Of a stretch of DNA of 64,000 nucleotides, positions 50,321 to 61,836 are shown piece by piece. The position numbers were made by a program, and so were the translations under genes. This DNA comes from Bugula neritina (taxonomy: Eukaryota; Animalia; Bryozoa): positions 30,494,773 through 30,558,772 of the forward strand of contig OZ037766.1 in the NCBI GenBank assembly GCA_964035545.1, in the 5' to 3' direction. Positions within the stretch are counted from its first letter, which is position 1, and the number at the start of each line of letters is the position of its first letter. The notes beneath the pieces are model-generated. The model saw only the letters and a list, made by a program, of their open reading frames with translations. It was not told where the DNA came from and ran no database searches.

Positions 50321-53300
50321 ATGGGGGAAAATATGTATTACAAACTAAAAGACTCTCTGAATAATTTGGAAAATTTTAAAGCCATCTTGACTTCTGTGAA
50401 AGAATCTGAGAGACTAACTGTACTCAAGCAGCAGGACAATAGTGAAAACACCATATTAATGCTTGCTGCTAGATGGGAGCATTTGGAGATTGTGAAATGT
50501 ATTCAAGACTTGGTACCAGCAGCTGATTTACAGGAGCTATTCACAGTACAGAATAGCAGAGGGAATACAGCATTTCATGATAGAACTAATGCTGTGAAGG
50601 AGTATATGTTAAAGTCTGTACCACTAGCTGAGTTATACTCTCTACTTGCTATACAGAATAAAGAAGGACACGCAGTTCTACACGAATTAACATCATGGGG
50701 AATTAACGTACAACTGATGACATACATAGTGGAATCTGTGTCAGCCACTGACTTATCCAACCTAATCAGTATACCAAACAAAGATGGTGAAACTGTTATC
50801 CACAGTTCAGTTTCTTCTCCCTCTTGCGAAGACATAATGAAATGCATTGTAGACGCTATACCAGTAACTGAGTTGTACAGTCTGCTCTCTATACAGGACA
50901 CAGATGGGAGAACAGCACTTGATTGGGCAGCAGATAAAGGGTCTACAGGGATGATGCAATGTATGTTGCAGTTTCTGCCAGCTCCTGATTTACAGAAATT
51001 ATTCACTATACAAGACAAAGGCGGGCAAACAGCTATGCACAAGGCATCTAGAAGGGGTCATACAGGAACTCTAAAAGTTATGACAGATATTCTGCCACCC
51101 ACTGATTTATTACACATCTTTAATGAAAAGACAGGCAACACAGTTGCACATGAGGCAGCATTTGAAGGGCATACAAAGGTCATGCAGCTTTTAATAAATT
51201 CAGTACCAGCAAAAAATGTGATTGAATTTTTGGCTTTGCCTAACAAAAAAGGCAACACAGCTTTACACATGGCTACAGAAAGAGGTCATAGTGAAACAGT
51301 GAAATGTATATTAGATTCTACATCACCTGAATCAAATATGCTGCTTTTTATACAAAGAGAAGATGGAAAAACTGCTTTACACTGTGCAGCAACAAAGAAA
51401 GAGCCCCATACAGTAAAATATATTGTTGATGCTGTACCAGCAGCTGATTTACACAAACTAATCGGTGTACAGGACAAATCTGGTGAGACAGCATTTCACA
51501 AGACAGCAAACAATCGAGATATAAAAGCAATAAAATATATGGTAGGGTCTCTTTCATTAGCTGACTTATGCAAAATTCTCAGTGTACAGAACAAATCTGG
51601 TCAAACAGTGCTTCACTTGGCAGCATACAGAAGTGACTTGGGAATAGTGAAATTCATTGTTGAGTCTGTACCAGCATCTGACTTGATAAAAGTTCTTAGC
51701 AAACAAGATAATCACGGTGATAGTATCACACATGTGAGAGCTAATAATTGTAGTACAGAGATATTAGAATACCTAGCAGGAGTTTTACCAAAAAGAAGTT
51801 CATACAAACTACTCAGCATCAAAAACAAAGCTGGTGACACAACAGTGCATAAAGTATTAGCTGAGGGAAAAGTGCAAGCATTCAAGTCCATAAAAAGTTG
51901 TTTACCCAAAGTTCAGTTCTACCAATTACTGATATTACAAAACAAAAAGGGTTACACATCTTTGCATGTAGCTGTTTCTATGGGGAATAAAAATGAAACT
52001 GAGTTAGTACAGCTGCTCATAGATTCTGTTCCTGCTGACAAAGCATTTCATCTACTAAGTCTTCAAAATAAATATGGCAGTACTGCTTTCCACTGCTGCA
52101 GCACAAAAGAAAACTTTACTACCCTAATAAAGTTCATGATAGACATGATACCAGAGACCGACTGGTCAGAGTTACTTTGTATACAAAACTTTCATCAGGA
52201 TACTGTGTTACATCATGCAGTGTGCCGAAGCTTTGCAGAAACAACACAACTTATTCTGAGTTCTGTACCAGCAGCTGAAATAATTAAACTCCTCATCACA
52301 CAAGACACGAATGGAAATACACCATTGCATTGTGCAGTCTGTAGAAGTCAATCAGATACTGTGAAGCAAATTCTGAGTCTGGTACCAGAAGATAAATTGT
52401 TCAATCTAATCAGCATACAGAATAAAGATGGGGATACAACTGTGCACCAAGCAGTTGGAAAGTACAACAACATGAAAACGACAAACCTTCTTATAGGCTG
52501 CCTCTCAGCTGCTAACTATGTGAAATTACTTTTAATACAGAATTCTCATGGTGACACTATTGCACACGTTGCAGCAAATTATAGAAAATTGCCTCAGAAT
52601 AATTATTTACCTGATACAGGAAAACTTTCAGATTTTTGGAAGGCTTTAACAAGAACTGTCGCACCAGGTGACATGCTACAAATAAGTGGTAAACAAAACC
52701 ACCAAGGCAAAACATTTCTTCACCATGCAGCAGAAGCAGGTGATGCAGAAATATTTAAGTATATTATTAGTCTAACCCAAAAAGCTGACCTATGCAGTAC
52801 ATATAGCCTACAAGACCAGGAAGGTAACACATTTATGCAGTGTGCAACATCTTTGGGCCACACTGACATAGTGAAATATGTAGTAGACTCTGTTCCATCA
52901 GCTGACTTGTGGAAGCTGCTTAGAATTCCAAATCAGCAAGATGAAACAACTCTACATAGTTCAGTCGCCAGCAATAATACGGAAACATTGCAATGTCTAG
53001 TTTCTGCTGTTGAAGCAACTGACTTGTACACACTGCTCCTCACACAGGATATAAATGGTAACACAGCTGTTCACTATGCTGCAAATGAAGGCTATTTTGA
53101 CACATTAAAGTCTCTATTAGATAAACTATCACCAGAGCAATGTCTAGAAATACTCAACATAAAAAACCTTAAACAATTTACTCCACTAATAGCGGCCAAG
53201 TCCAACAAACAGTATAAAGCCGCAGGTTGCATTGCTGAATACAAAAGAAAAGCAGAACACCATTTTGAAGGTGAGTTGCAACTCACCATAAATGCTGGTG

Positions 53301-55721
53301 AAACCTTGTGTTTTATATTTAAACATATACATGTTTAAACTTATTTATAAAAAAACTAGTCTACATAGACCTATTTCTAAAAATGGGCAAAAAATTTTTA
53401 GCTATGACCACACCTAATCAGTAAATCAATACTGATTTTGCAATCTATAACTAACAGCACAGTCACATGCATTTTATAGGATCCAGTCAAGTGAGTGCCA
53501 GTTTGAAAGATAGTCTAAAGTACCTGAATGAGAGAAACAGAGATGTAGATATCATTCAACTTCCTGTCAAACCCTGTACTCTGCAATCTGTGACAGAGAA
53601 ATTCTATTCTGACAGTGTAAGGCTAATATCTCATCTGTATAACCATTATTATTACATACATGTACAGGTAAAACCCAGTAGCAAGTAAAATATGTATGAC
53701 TCACCTGTGTTTGTTGGTTTAACAAAGAAAGAAATGTTAGGTTTAAAGGTGAAAACAGCCCATGTTTAGTTTTGCTGCAAATAGCATCTTTTCATTTTTA
53801 ACCTTTTCTAGCTCTTTAGCTTTAAATACTAACCATTAACTTATTTACCAGCATTCTGTTTTAAATTCTTGATGAACACAAGATCTGCAAGGTTATGTAT
53901 ATGTAGGCAGCAATTAATACTTTGAACATGCGTTGTAGGTGTACAGAATGTCAGCACCTGTGAGAGGAAGATGTCTGATTATCAACAACAGGTACTTTGA
54001 CAGACCGGCCACTCCAGCTCCTGGTCAGGTTCAGCTAGAACACAGAGATGGCTCTGAGATTGATGTGATGAACATCTTGAATGTGTTTCAACAGCTAAGC
54101 TTTGACTGTGAACTAAAATCAAATGTCTCTAGCAAGGTAATTTGTTGAGAGTGAGAACCCATTTTTTCTAGGTAAAAACATAAAGGGAATATTTTGCATG
54201 ATTGGCTTGTTGTTGATTGATTAGCATAGCAAATTATAATAGCATGATTGATTTTCTGATCGCTGAATCTAGCCTAATAGTTTTTGACTGATTGAAAAAT
54301 TGAAATCTTTTTTGAATTTGTAGTCGGTGTATTTATCTTTTAAATAAATTAATAAAAATGTTCTCTTTTTCTCAATCAAGCAAATGCTAGAAGACATAGA
54401 GAAAGAAACACGACATCCTGATTATGAAACACTCGGAGTCAGTGTATTAGTCATCATGACTCATGGGGCAGAAAATCAAGTCTACGGTAAAGATGGCCGT
54501 CCAGTAAAACTGACAGACATCTATGATTTGATATCTCCTTACAGATTCCAGTCAATGGCCGGAAAACCCAAAATTGTTATCTTCCAATCATGTGCTGGTG
54601 GTGAGTCACTTCCTCCTTTGTTTAGATGGCTCTAATATTGATAGTATAGTATAGGATATAAACTTTAAAAATGCGCAAAAGTGGTTTCTATTACTATTTG
54701 TAGCCACTTTTAAGATCTCTTTTTCTAAGATAATATATCAAGTTTCACGGTATTGTATTGGTACTGGGAGTTGTCATTACTATGTTCTGAAAGATCTGGA
54801 AATAAGCAACTATTTGCATCATTATTAGAATTGAATCTTGGAACAGCTTTTCGAAGGCCTTAAAAGTTATTGTTGAGCTCTTGGCGTAGTGGATTGGGTA
54901 TTTTTTTGTCTCTATAGAAAAAATAATGCACAAACCTTAAGGTTGTCCTTTATTATCTAGAATACAGTTGAATGCCTGTTGTAGACAAGGCAGATGATAT
55001 GGGATTTTATACATTTGATAGTAAAGTTAAAGTAGAGGTCAAAGCAGAACCTCCATTTCCAGGAGACCAGCCAGCTTCTGATGACTTGTTTATCTTGAGA
55101 GCCAGCTTTCTGGGTCAGTCAAAATATCGAGCCTTCTATGTTGTTTCAGAAAAGAATATTACTTGTAAATACATGTACATACATTGTAAATCACTTTTTA
55201 TAAACAATTCTGTAGGAAAATTTCTATGTAAGACCTAGCTATTTCTAAAAAGTGTTGATTTTAGTCACATATTTATTTGTCTTAGCTAGAGAGTAACTGG
55301 AAATATGCATATATTTCAGGTTACCGTTCAGCAAGACATTCCAAGCAAGGCACCTGGTTGATAAGAGCCTTAGTGTATGCTTTGTATACCTATGCCTGTG
55401 ATAAAGATATACAGAGCATATTTGAAGAGGTAATAGTTTACATACAATAAGAGCATTGGTTATTCACAAACTACACAGAAATTGTGTATATAAGTTGACA
55501 CATGCTTGACTGTAAAATTAATAGTAAACCAATCAACACTTGTTGACAATGATATCGAGTTAGCTGATGTTGATATGTTTTAGGTCAAGGAAATTGTGAA
55601 GGAAAAGAGTCTGCTAGCTTCTAGAAGGAACATAGACGTAGGGGGACAACAGCCAACATTCGAATGCTTTCCAACAAAGAGAAGACAACTTTTTCTGTAT
55701 CCTAAATTTGACCCCCCATAG
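50321..55721 (+). CDS. Ankyrin-repeat caspase, copy D (~1293 aa). Exons 50321-53270, 53480-53616, 53939-54136, 54381-54600, 54985-55113, 55320-55429, 55584-55721
   Basis: Same structure as A and C, catalytic motifs intact. A TA insertion creates TAG three codons early (..FDPP*). Confidence 0.88.
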
Positions 55722-58700
55722 CACCTAAGTAAATTTTCATTAGCTTTGTTTGCTCTCTTAGAGGTTGCTATCATTGACATTGCTACTTGCTAACACTATT
55801 CTTTACTGCGAAAGTTTTCTTTTACTATTAAGGAAACTTAAAACTTATGTGCAAAGACACAGTGTACTTTACCCACTAAGTAAATTATCTAGCTCTGTCG
55901 TAATTCTTGCAGAGTGATACAGGCAATAACACTTACTGAAATTAGTTTACTCTTGAAAAGCCCCTAGCAAAAATAAATACTTGGTGGGGTAGCCCATCTT
56001 GCTAATTTTTGAAGAGGCATTAATTATTATATAACTAAATATTATACAAGTTTATTTTATTCTTTTTAGCTATCTCTTGTACGATCTTAAAAATAATACG
56101 TGAATTATTTTTCCTGTTTTTGTTTTCTCGATGAAACCTGCTGGTAGTTTTACTTCCTCTTATGTGAACAATGCTAAATATAGTATTAACTCAAAGATCA
56201 CAGCTGCCTAGATGCAGTAATTAAATATATTAAATCTCTTATTAGTCTGCTGTACCAATGTTACGCAATCTACTATGTTGATGAGTACGCGATGTAATGA
56301 TTTCACAACAATTCCCAACTCTACTTGATTTGCTTAAACTATTTAGATTTAGATTATTATTCTTTTATTTACATCTTCTAAATTTTAAACATGCCTACAG
56401 TTATTGCTATACAAATACATGCACTAAGATAGCTTACTCAAAGAGCTACATTCAGTAAATTCACATATTATGCAAATTGTATTTTGTATATATGTCTCGC
56501 ATGCTTATATAATACATTGATTTTAGTATTGAAATATTCCAATAAATCTACCTATTCTAAATCACACCTATATAATATTATAATTTCCTGCTCTTTTATA
56601 CTTGTTTGATTGTTTTAGTTTTGAACTATGTGCCTCTAACGGTTTTTCAAAGCAAACAAATTAAGTTCTAGTTGTTTGAAATAAGTGTAAAAAGCACACA
56701 TGCTGGCTTTTATTAGTTATTATTTGCATGAAGCAAAGCGAATGCATGAAAATTCAAATATTGTAAATAAACTATGATAGACTGATGTCCTTTAACTTAC
56801 TGTAATATCAGTAGCAAGATACTATTGCAGCTCCTAACTCCCCCCCCCCCCCACAACTGTGTTATAACAATACACTTAGACAATCCTTAATTATCCAAGT
56901 TGAATCATGTTATATAAAGTAGATAAAACCAGAGATTTATGGAGCAAATATTTAAATACTGTCACTCTGTTAAGTTTCTCTCCATCTGCTTTTGAGCATT
57001 TTTAATTCCAGGGTTTATATAGATTTTAAATGCTATCACTATATTATACAGTTGATACCCATAAGTAAAGGTAAATATATAAAAATAACAAATAATCATT
57101 TTCAACCCTATTCAAACTGCTTCGATAAGTTGTGGTAGTTTCAGCATTAAAATGTCTTTCCTAGATATCACTGATCAGGTGATTAACATGTAAAGGTTTA
57201 GTGAGAAGCCGGAACTGTAAAGTGGAACTGTGGGAAGGTCATCTGTACCACCCACAATTCATTCTTTCAAAGAACTTAGGCTGGCCCTTGAGGTAGATAT
57301 TGAAAATACCCACTCACTGTTATATTATATACCGACAGTGGTATATCAGCTTATAGTGTATTCTCACCTTTGGGCCAAACAAAAATACAAATATATCTTA
57401 ATACATTCACAGCAACTTGCATCACATATAAACATTTAATATAAAATAGCAGACTTCCTGATACCAAAGTAGCCATTAAACCTAGATGAATAAGTAGTAT
57501 AAGTTACCTAATGTGTTGCTTACATGATACTGAATAGTTTATGGTTTAAAAATAATCAAGTCTGTGCCATGCAAGCTCTCCGAGAACAAGCTAGACATGC
57601 AATAAGGCTTTGGTTTTATTCTATTTGATGTAGCATTCTAAAATCTAGTATGGTTAAATTACTTCTCTAGTTATAAGTAATAAACCTACTGGTTTAACAC
57701 CATCTAGTACTTTACTCCAAGTTAACTCATATATTATTACAAATACTTTAAGTTCAAACTATGGGCATAAAATTCAATTTTAGTTTCCTATATTCTACAA
57801 ACTAATATTGGAATTACAAACAAATCAAAATTACTTAATGCTAAATGCAGCACATTAATTACTTGGTGGTTAGCTATATCACATCTCCAATGCATGATCT
57901 GCATACACATTCATTGCCTTTTGTTATACTCTCAATTTCATTCATTTAGTGAATGCTGAATTTTGAAAAGGATATTATTGATAATAGCTACTAAAAAATG
58001 CATGCACAGCATTTCTCATGGCTCATAAGGGGAGGGCAGTGAATGGCCCCATGATTAGAACAGGTTCTATGGTTAACAGCTGTTTACGTAAATAGAACTG
58101 TGACAAAGGGGGAGACTTTTTACAATAACAGCTATTATGTGTGTATGAAAGTTGAGTGAGCAGTTATACATACAGAGACTAACTGGAAACATCAGTGGGG
58201 GAAGTAACAGGTAAGGAGGGACATGTTAGTCTATAGGTATTGTGTGTTCTTTGTAGCCATTTTGCTATAACTGCCAGCTCCATGCAGTACCTTTATTATG
58301 AGTAGCATTTTTGCCTACATACATTTAATTAAGCCTTAGTACAGCTTTAGAAAGAAAAGGATTAGTTTGTTATGGCTAAAGCTTGATTTGTTGAAGTTTA
58401 TTTTTATAGTTTGTTAAAATTCAAAGCTTTAAACAAAATATTGATAAGACTAAATTTGCACTTGGAATTTAGAACTGATATTAACATTTTCATTGTGACT
58501 AAATTTCCTTATATAGTTGTTTATAATTTAAAGACAGTAGTTTACTGAAATATACTCTTACTATTGGCAAATTTTGTGGTTGATATAGAATACATCATGG
58601 TTTGATACAATTAGTCAACTATGCAGTCAGTAACAATGCTCTGCTAAGTTTAAGGCTAAAAGTTTACTGATATTGAACTTACTTTGTATGTTTGTTAGAA

Positions 58701-59325
58701 TAGACTGCCTATAAAATGTGCCGAAGAGTTTAAATATTTTAGTGAAAATTCACATATCAATGTGTTTTAACTTCAAAATTAAAAATAGTATCTTGTTATT
58801 ATTTCCAACGAAGCTTAACTGACTAAAAACAAGTTTGTTTTTCATAATATTCAAAAATTGGATTTTCGTTTTAGTTTTCTGAGTTTGTTGAAAGCACAGT
58901 TGAGGTTCCAATGTCGTACAAATATTCCGAGCACGGGTCATCATACCCAGGCCCCCAAAATTACCATGATGACTCAGGCTCTTATTTGAGTACTCAAAAA
59001 ACACCAGGCTACGAGCCCACAAGAGTAAGTATTAGCTCTCAAACCTATTTCCTAATACATAGCCTAATGGTAGATACCTAGACTCTTTGATTGGGAGGGA
59101 GGGGGTCAGTAAACACATAGTAAATTCTTCTAACAGATGGTAAGAAATATGTGTACAGCTGTGATGACAACTTCTCTTAAATTGAAATTATCCTGTTTGA
59201 TGCATGCTAAAGTTAGAATGATTACATTGTTTCACATTGAGATACAAAATATCTATTTTAGGCTCCATCAATTATTAATTTTTCTTGCTTTATGAATGAA
59301 CAAATATAAGATTTTCTCTTTGCAG

Positions 59326-61368
59326 ATGTACGCAAGTGATGTCATAAGATCCCAAAGACCCTCGAAGTTCAATTGGCACATATTTCGTTCAGCCTTTGTG
59401 TCTACTTTCTGCTGGTGCTGGTGCTGGTGTTGCTGCTGCTGTGTTGGGGGGATTGGGTTGATGTACTCTATACTCAGCTATGTAGACTATAACAATGGCG
59501 ATTTTAATGGGTAAGTGATGCTGGCATCCCAAACTACAGTAACAACAAACTAGAATACCTATAAGATAGAAGGTGCCATTCTTCAGGTCAATTCAGTTGA
59601 CTTGTTGAGTATAAATATTTGAATACAATCATTAATATATCATATTATTACAAAAAGTGAACAAAAGAACTACGTACATACTATATCGAAAAAGTCTTAC
59701 ACTTCTAGCAGTGGAGACTGAAACAGTAAACTAAGTATAAAATATCAATCAAAAGCTTTTATATAAACAAGGAAGTTCTTTAACAATGGATATATTTCTA
59801 TTGGTATAATATAACCACAGATAATTTCTCAAGTTTTCTATTAATATATCACAATTCACAGATAGTATTCAATAGAATATACATGAATGTGTTTAGGTAC
59901 AGATCCAAGAAGAACTGCGCATTAGGCTGGTCCATCGCTGCTATTATTTTGGGTGAGTACATCATTTTGTTATTTTCATAGTGTCGTTATAATATATGTG
60001 GTTATGTAATGTAAATCTGAGGTGTGTAAGCAGAGACAAACTTAGGAGAGGCACTGATATATGCAAGAGTAGCAAAGCAGGGTGGGGATCTGGAGGTCTC
60101 AATACAGTTGATGGTCATATGACTCAGCTACAACTTAGCTGCTCATAAAAACTCAAGCAGGTTTATAGTCAGCATCCCTGCTGAGAAAACCCTTAATTGG
60201 AAGAGAATTGTTGTTAAATTGGGCTAAGGACTTAGTTAAATGAGTCGAAAGAGCAATTATGACTGAATTCTCTTCCTAACATTACCAATGGCCTTTACTG
60301 GAGTTTGAACCCATGACTTCGTGTGTACTAGACAAATGCTCCAACCCCCTAGACCACAGCTGCTCCCTACATCTCAGCTGCATATACTCTGTTGTAAACT
60401 AATATATGTAATGCATTTCATGTACATGTACATGTACATGTACATTTCTTTACTCTCAGCAAGCTAACTATAAATTTGATAAGTATAGAGAGCACAAAGA
60501 GAAAAAACTTAGTGTAACTTATTTTATTAAATACCATAATATTGCGGAATACATATATTTTGCCCATCAGATTCGTTACATACTTGATAGTTTCTTATAA
60601 ATTAAAGTGATCATAGTACAAAGAATTTTACTATTGCACAAATTAACCATTATTAGAAAATTATTAGTTAACTAGAATTAACATTTCATACATATTTTAA
60701 AAATTATGAAGAGACCTAAAGTTGAATATGTGAGGTTTCCATATCTCAATAATATTGTTGCTGTGGAAAGCCTTTGGTCAGATTTATCCAATTAGGTCAT
60801 TTACACAGAAGCTAGAGTCTAGACTCTATCCCCTCATTTACACTTTGCCGTATTGTAAAATATCAGCCATTTTTACAAATGTTTGAGCTTCCTGTACAGC
60901 ATTGCGGTTTGAATCAAGCACTGCTTGATTCAAACAAGTTACGTAAGGCTCCTATTGGACAGGAAGACATTCACGTCAATTTATTGGATATGAATGTCCA
61001 ATGAGGTGTCATAAATCGTACCCATTATCAGGCTTGGAGAACCTTAACCCAGACACATTAAAAATGGCTGCTATTTTACGTTACGACAGTGGCGTCAGGA
61101 ATAGCATTTGATTGCCATTGCTCTTGTACACCATCTTATATGGTTCTCACAGAATTGGCCATGTTCAAGCATGAGTATATCAAAAATTCACACGCAATAA
61201 AATAATATTTGTTTAGAAGGATAAATAAATTTACATTGAAAAAATGTTGGCTATTTAATGTCTATTCTATTTGTAGGATCTGTGAGTTTCATAGCAACAG
61301 TAGTGGTACTAGTTTTATTTTATCTTGGATATTTACCTTATTTTCTATCCTTCCTATACTTGTACTAG
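59326..61368 (+). CDS. CD225/dispanin (IFITM/PRRT-like) small membrane protein, ~110 aa. Exons 59326-59510, 59897-59952, 61277-61368; an upstream exon is likely
   Basis: Spliced product ..RPSKFNWHIFRSAFVSTFCWCWCWCCCCCVGGIGLMYSILSYVDYNNGDFNGYRSKKNCALGWSIAAIILGSVSFIATVVVLVLFYLGYLPYFLSFLYLY* follows the CD225 pattern: Cys cluster, G-x-x-YS, GD-x-x-G, basic loop, C-terminal TM. Phases 2 and 1 are consistent. AATAAA at 61621. Confidence 0.78.
60146..60366 (-). mobile_element. tRNA-derived SINE, same family as 16926-17130
   Basis: Minus-strand TGGTCTAGGGGG A-box-like and GGTTCAAAC B-box. Shared body GGGCTAAGGACTTA..GAGCAATTATGACTG..CTCTTCCTAACAT..CCAATGGCCTTT. Confidence 0.78.
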
Positions 61369-61836
61369 AAGAGCAAGATGCTGGCATCTATATAATTAGA
61401 TGCAATACTTACGAGTTTTAACAGCACTTTTATATATTATAAACTATAAAAAGACTGATAAATACGGCTGCAGCTGCTAACCTCGATATCAAAGAGGAAG
61501 TAAATTCTACTATACGCAAACTTATCAGCGCTTTTGTTTACTCTATTCCGAATTTGTTGATTGATTATTTATCTATTTTTTGAGTCAAATAACTACTTTT
61601 CATTTGTATTTATTTTGAGAAATAAAATTTTTCTAACAAACATCTACATACAACTGCACTCTATATTCATGGGCATATAACATGATAAAAGTAGATGCAT
61701 GATATATTTACATTAATCAAGGAAGTACATGTAAAGGTAGTAAGTAAGATGACTACAAAATTGTACAACATTCTCTTAGTATATTTAATTGTTACAACTC
61801 AGGTGATTGGTCAATAAATAGGTTATAAACCAATGA

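Larger units (their letters stand above)
6070..57300 (+). repeat. Tandem segmental duplication array, four units of ~10-12 kb excluding LTR elements (approx. 6070-21660, 21665-33490, 33495-43735, 43812-57300)
   Basis: Non-coding landmarks recur in the same order: TGGCTATTG(A/G)CAG at ~6080, 21675 and 33508; GAACTCTTGCTTGTTTC at ~6447, 22050, 33890 and 43813; TTACCAGCATGTGCTAAGGGA upstream of every ankyrin start. Confidence 0.9.

Noticed and set aside
14031-53289. Many 60-155 aa minus-strand ORFs inside the ankyrin exons, recurring in each copy
   Set aside because: Antisense shadows of the coding repeats; they recur because of the duplication.
36723-55721. Copies C and D as an uncollapsed haplotype artefact
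   Set aside because: They differ in mosaic tracts, intron inserts, upstream elements and 3' flanks in a collinear tandem context. Long-read confirmation is still advisable.
60700-61200. Possible decayed DNA-transposon fragments (also ~58650-59050)
   Set aside because: No convincing TIR pair, TSD or coding remnant could be identified by eye.
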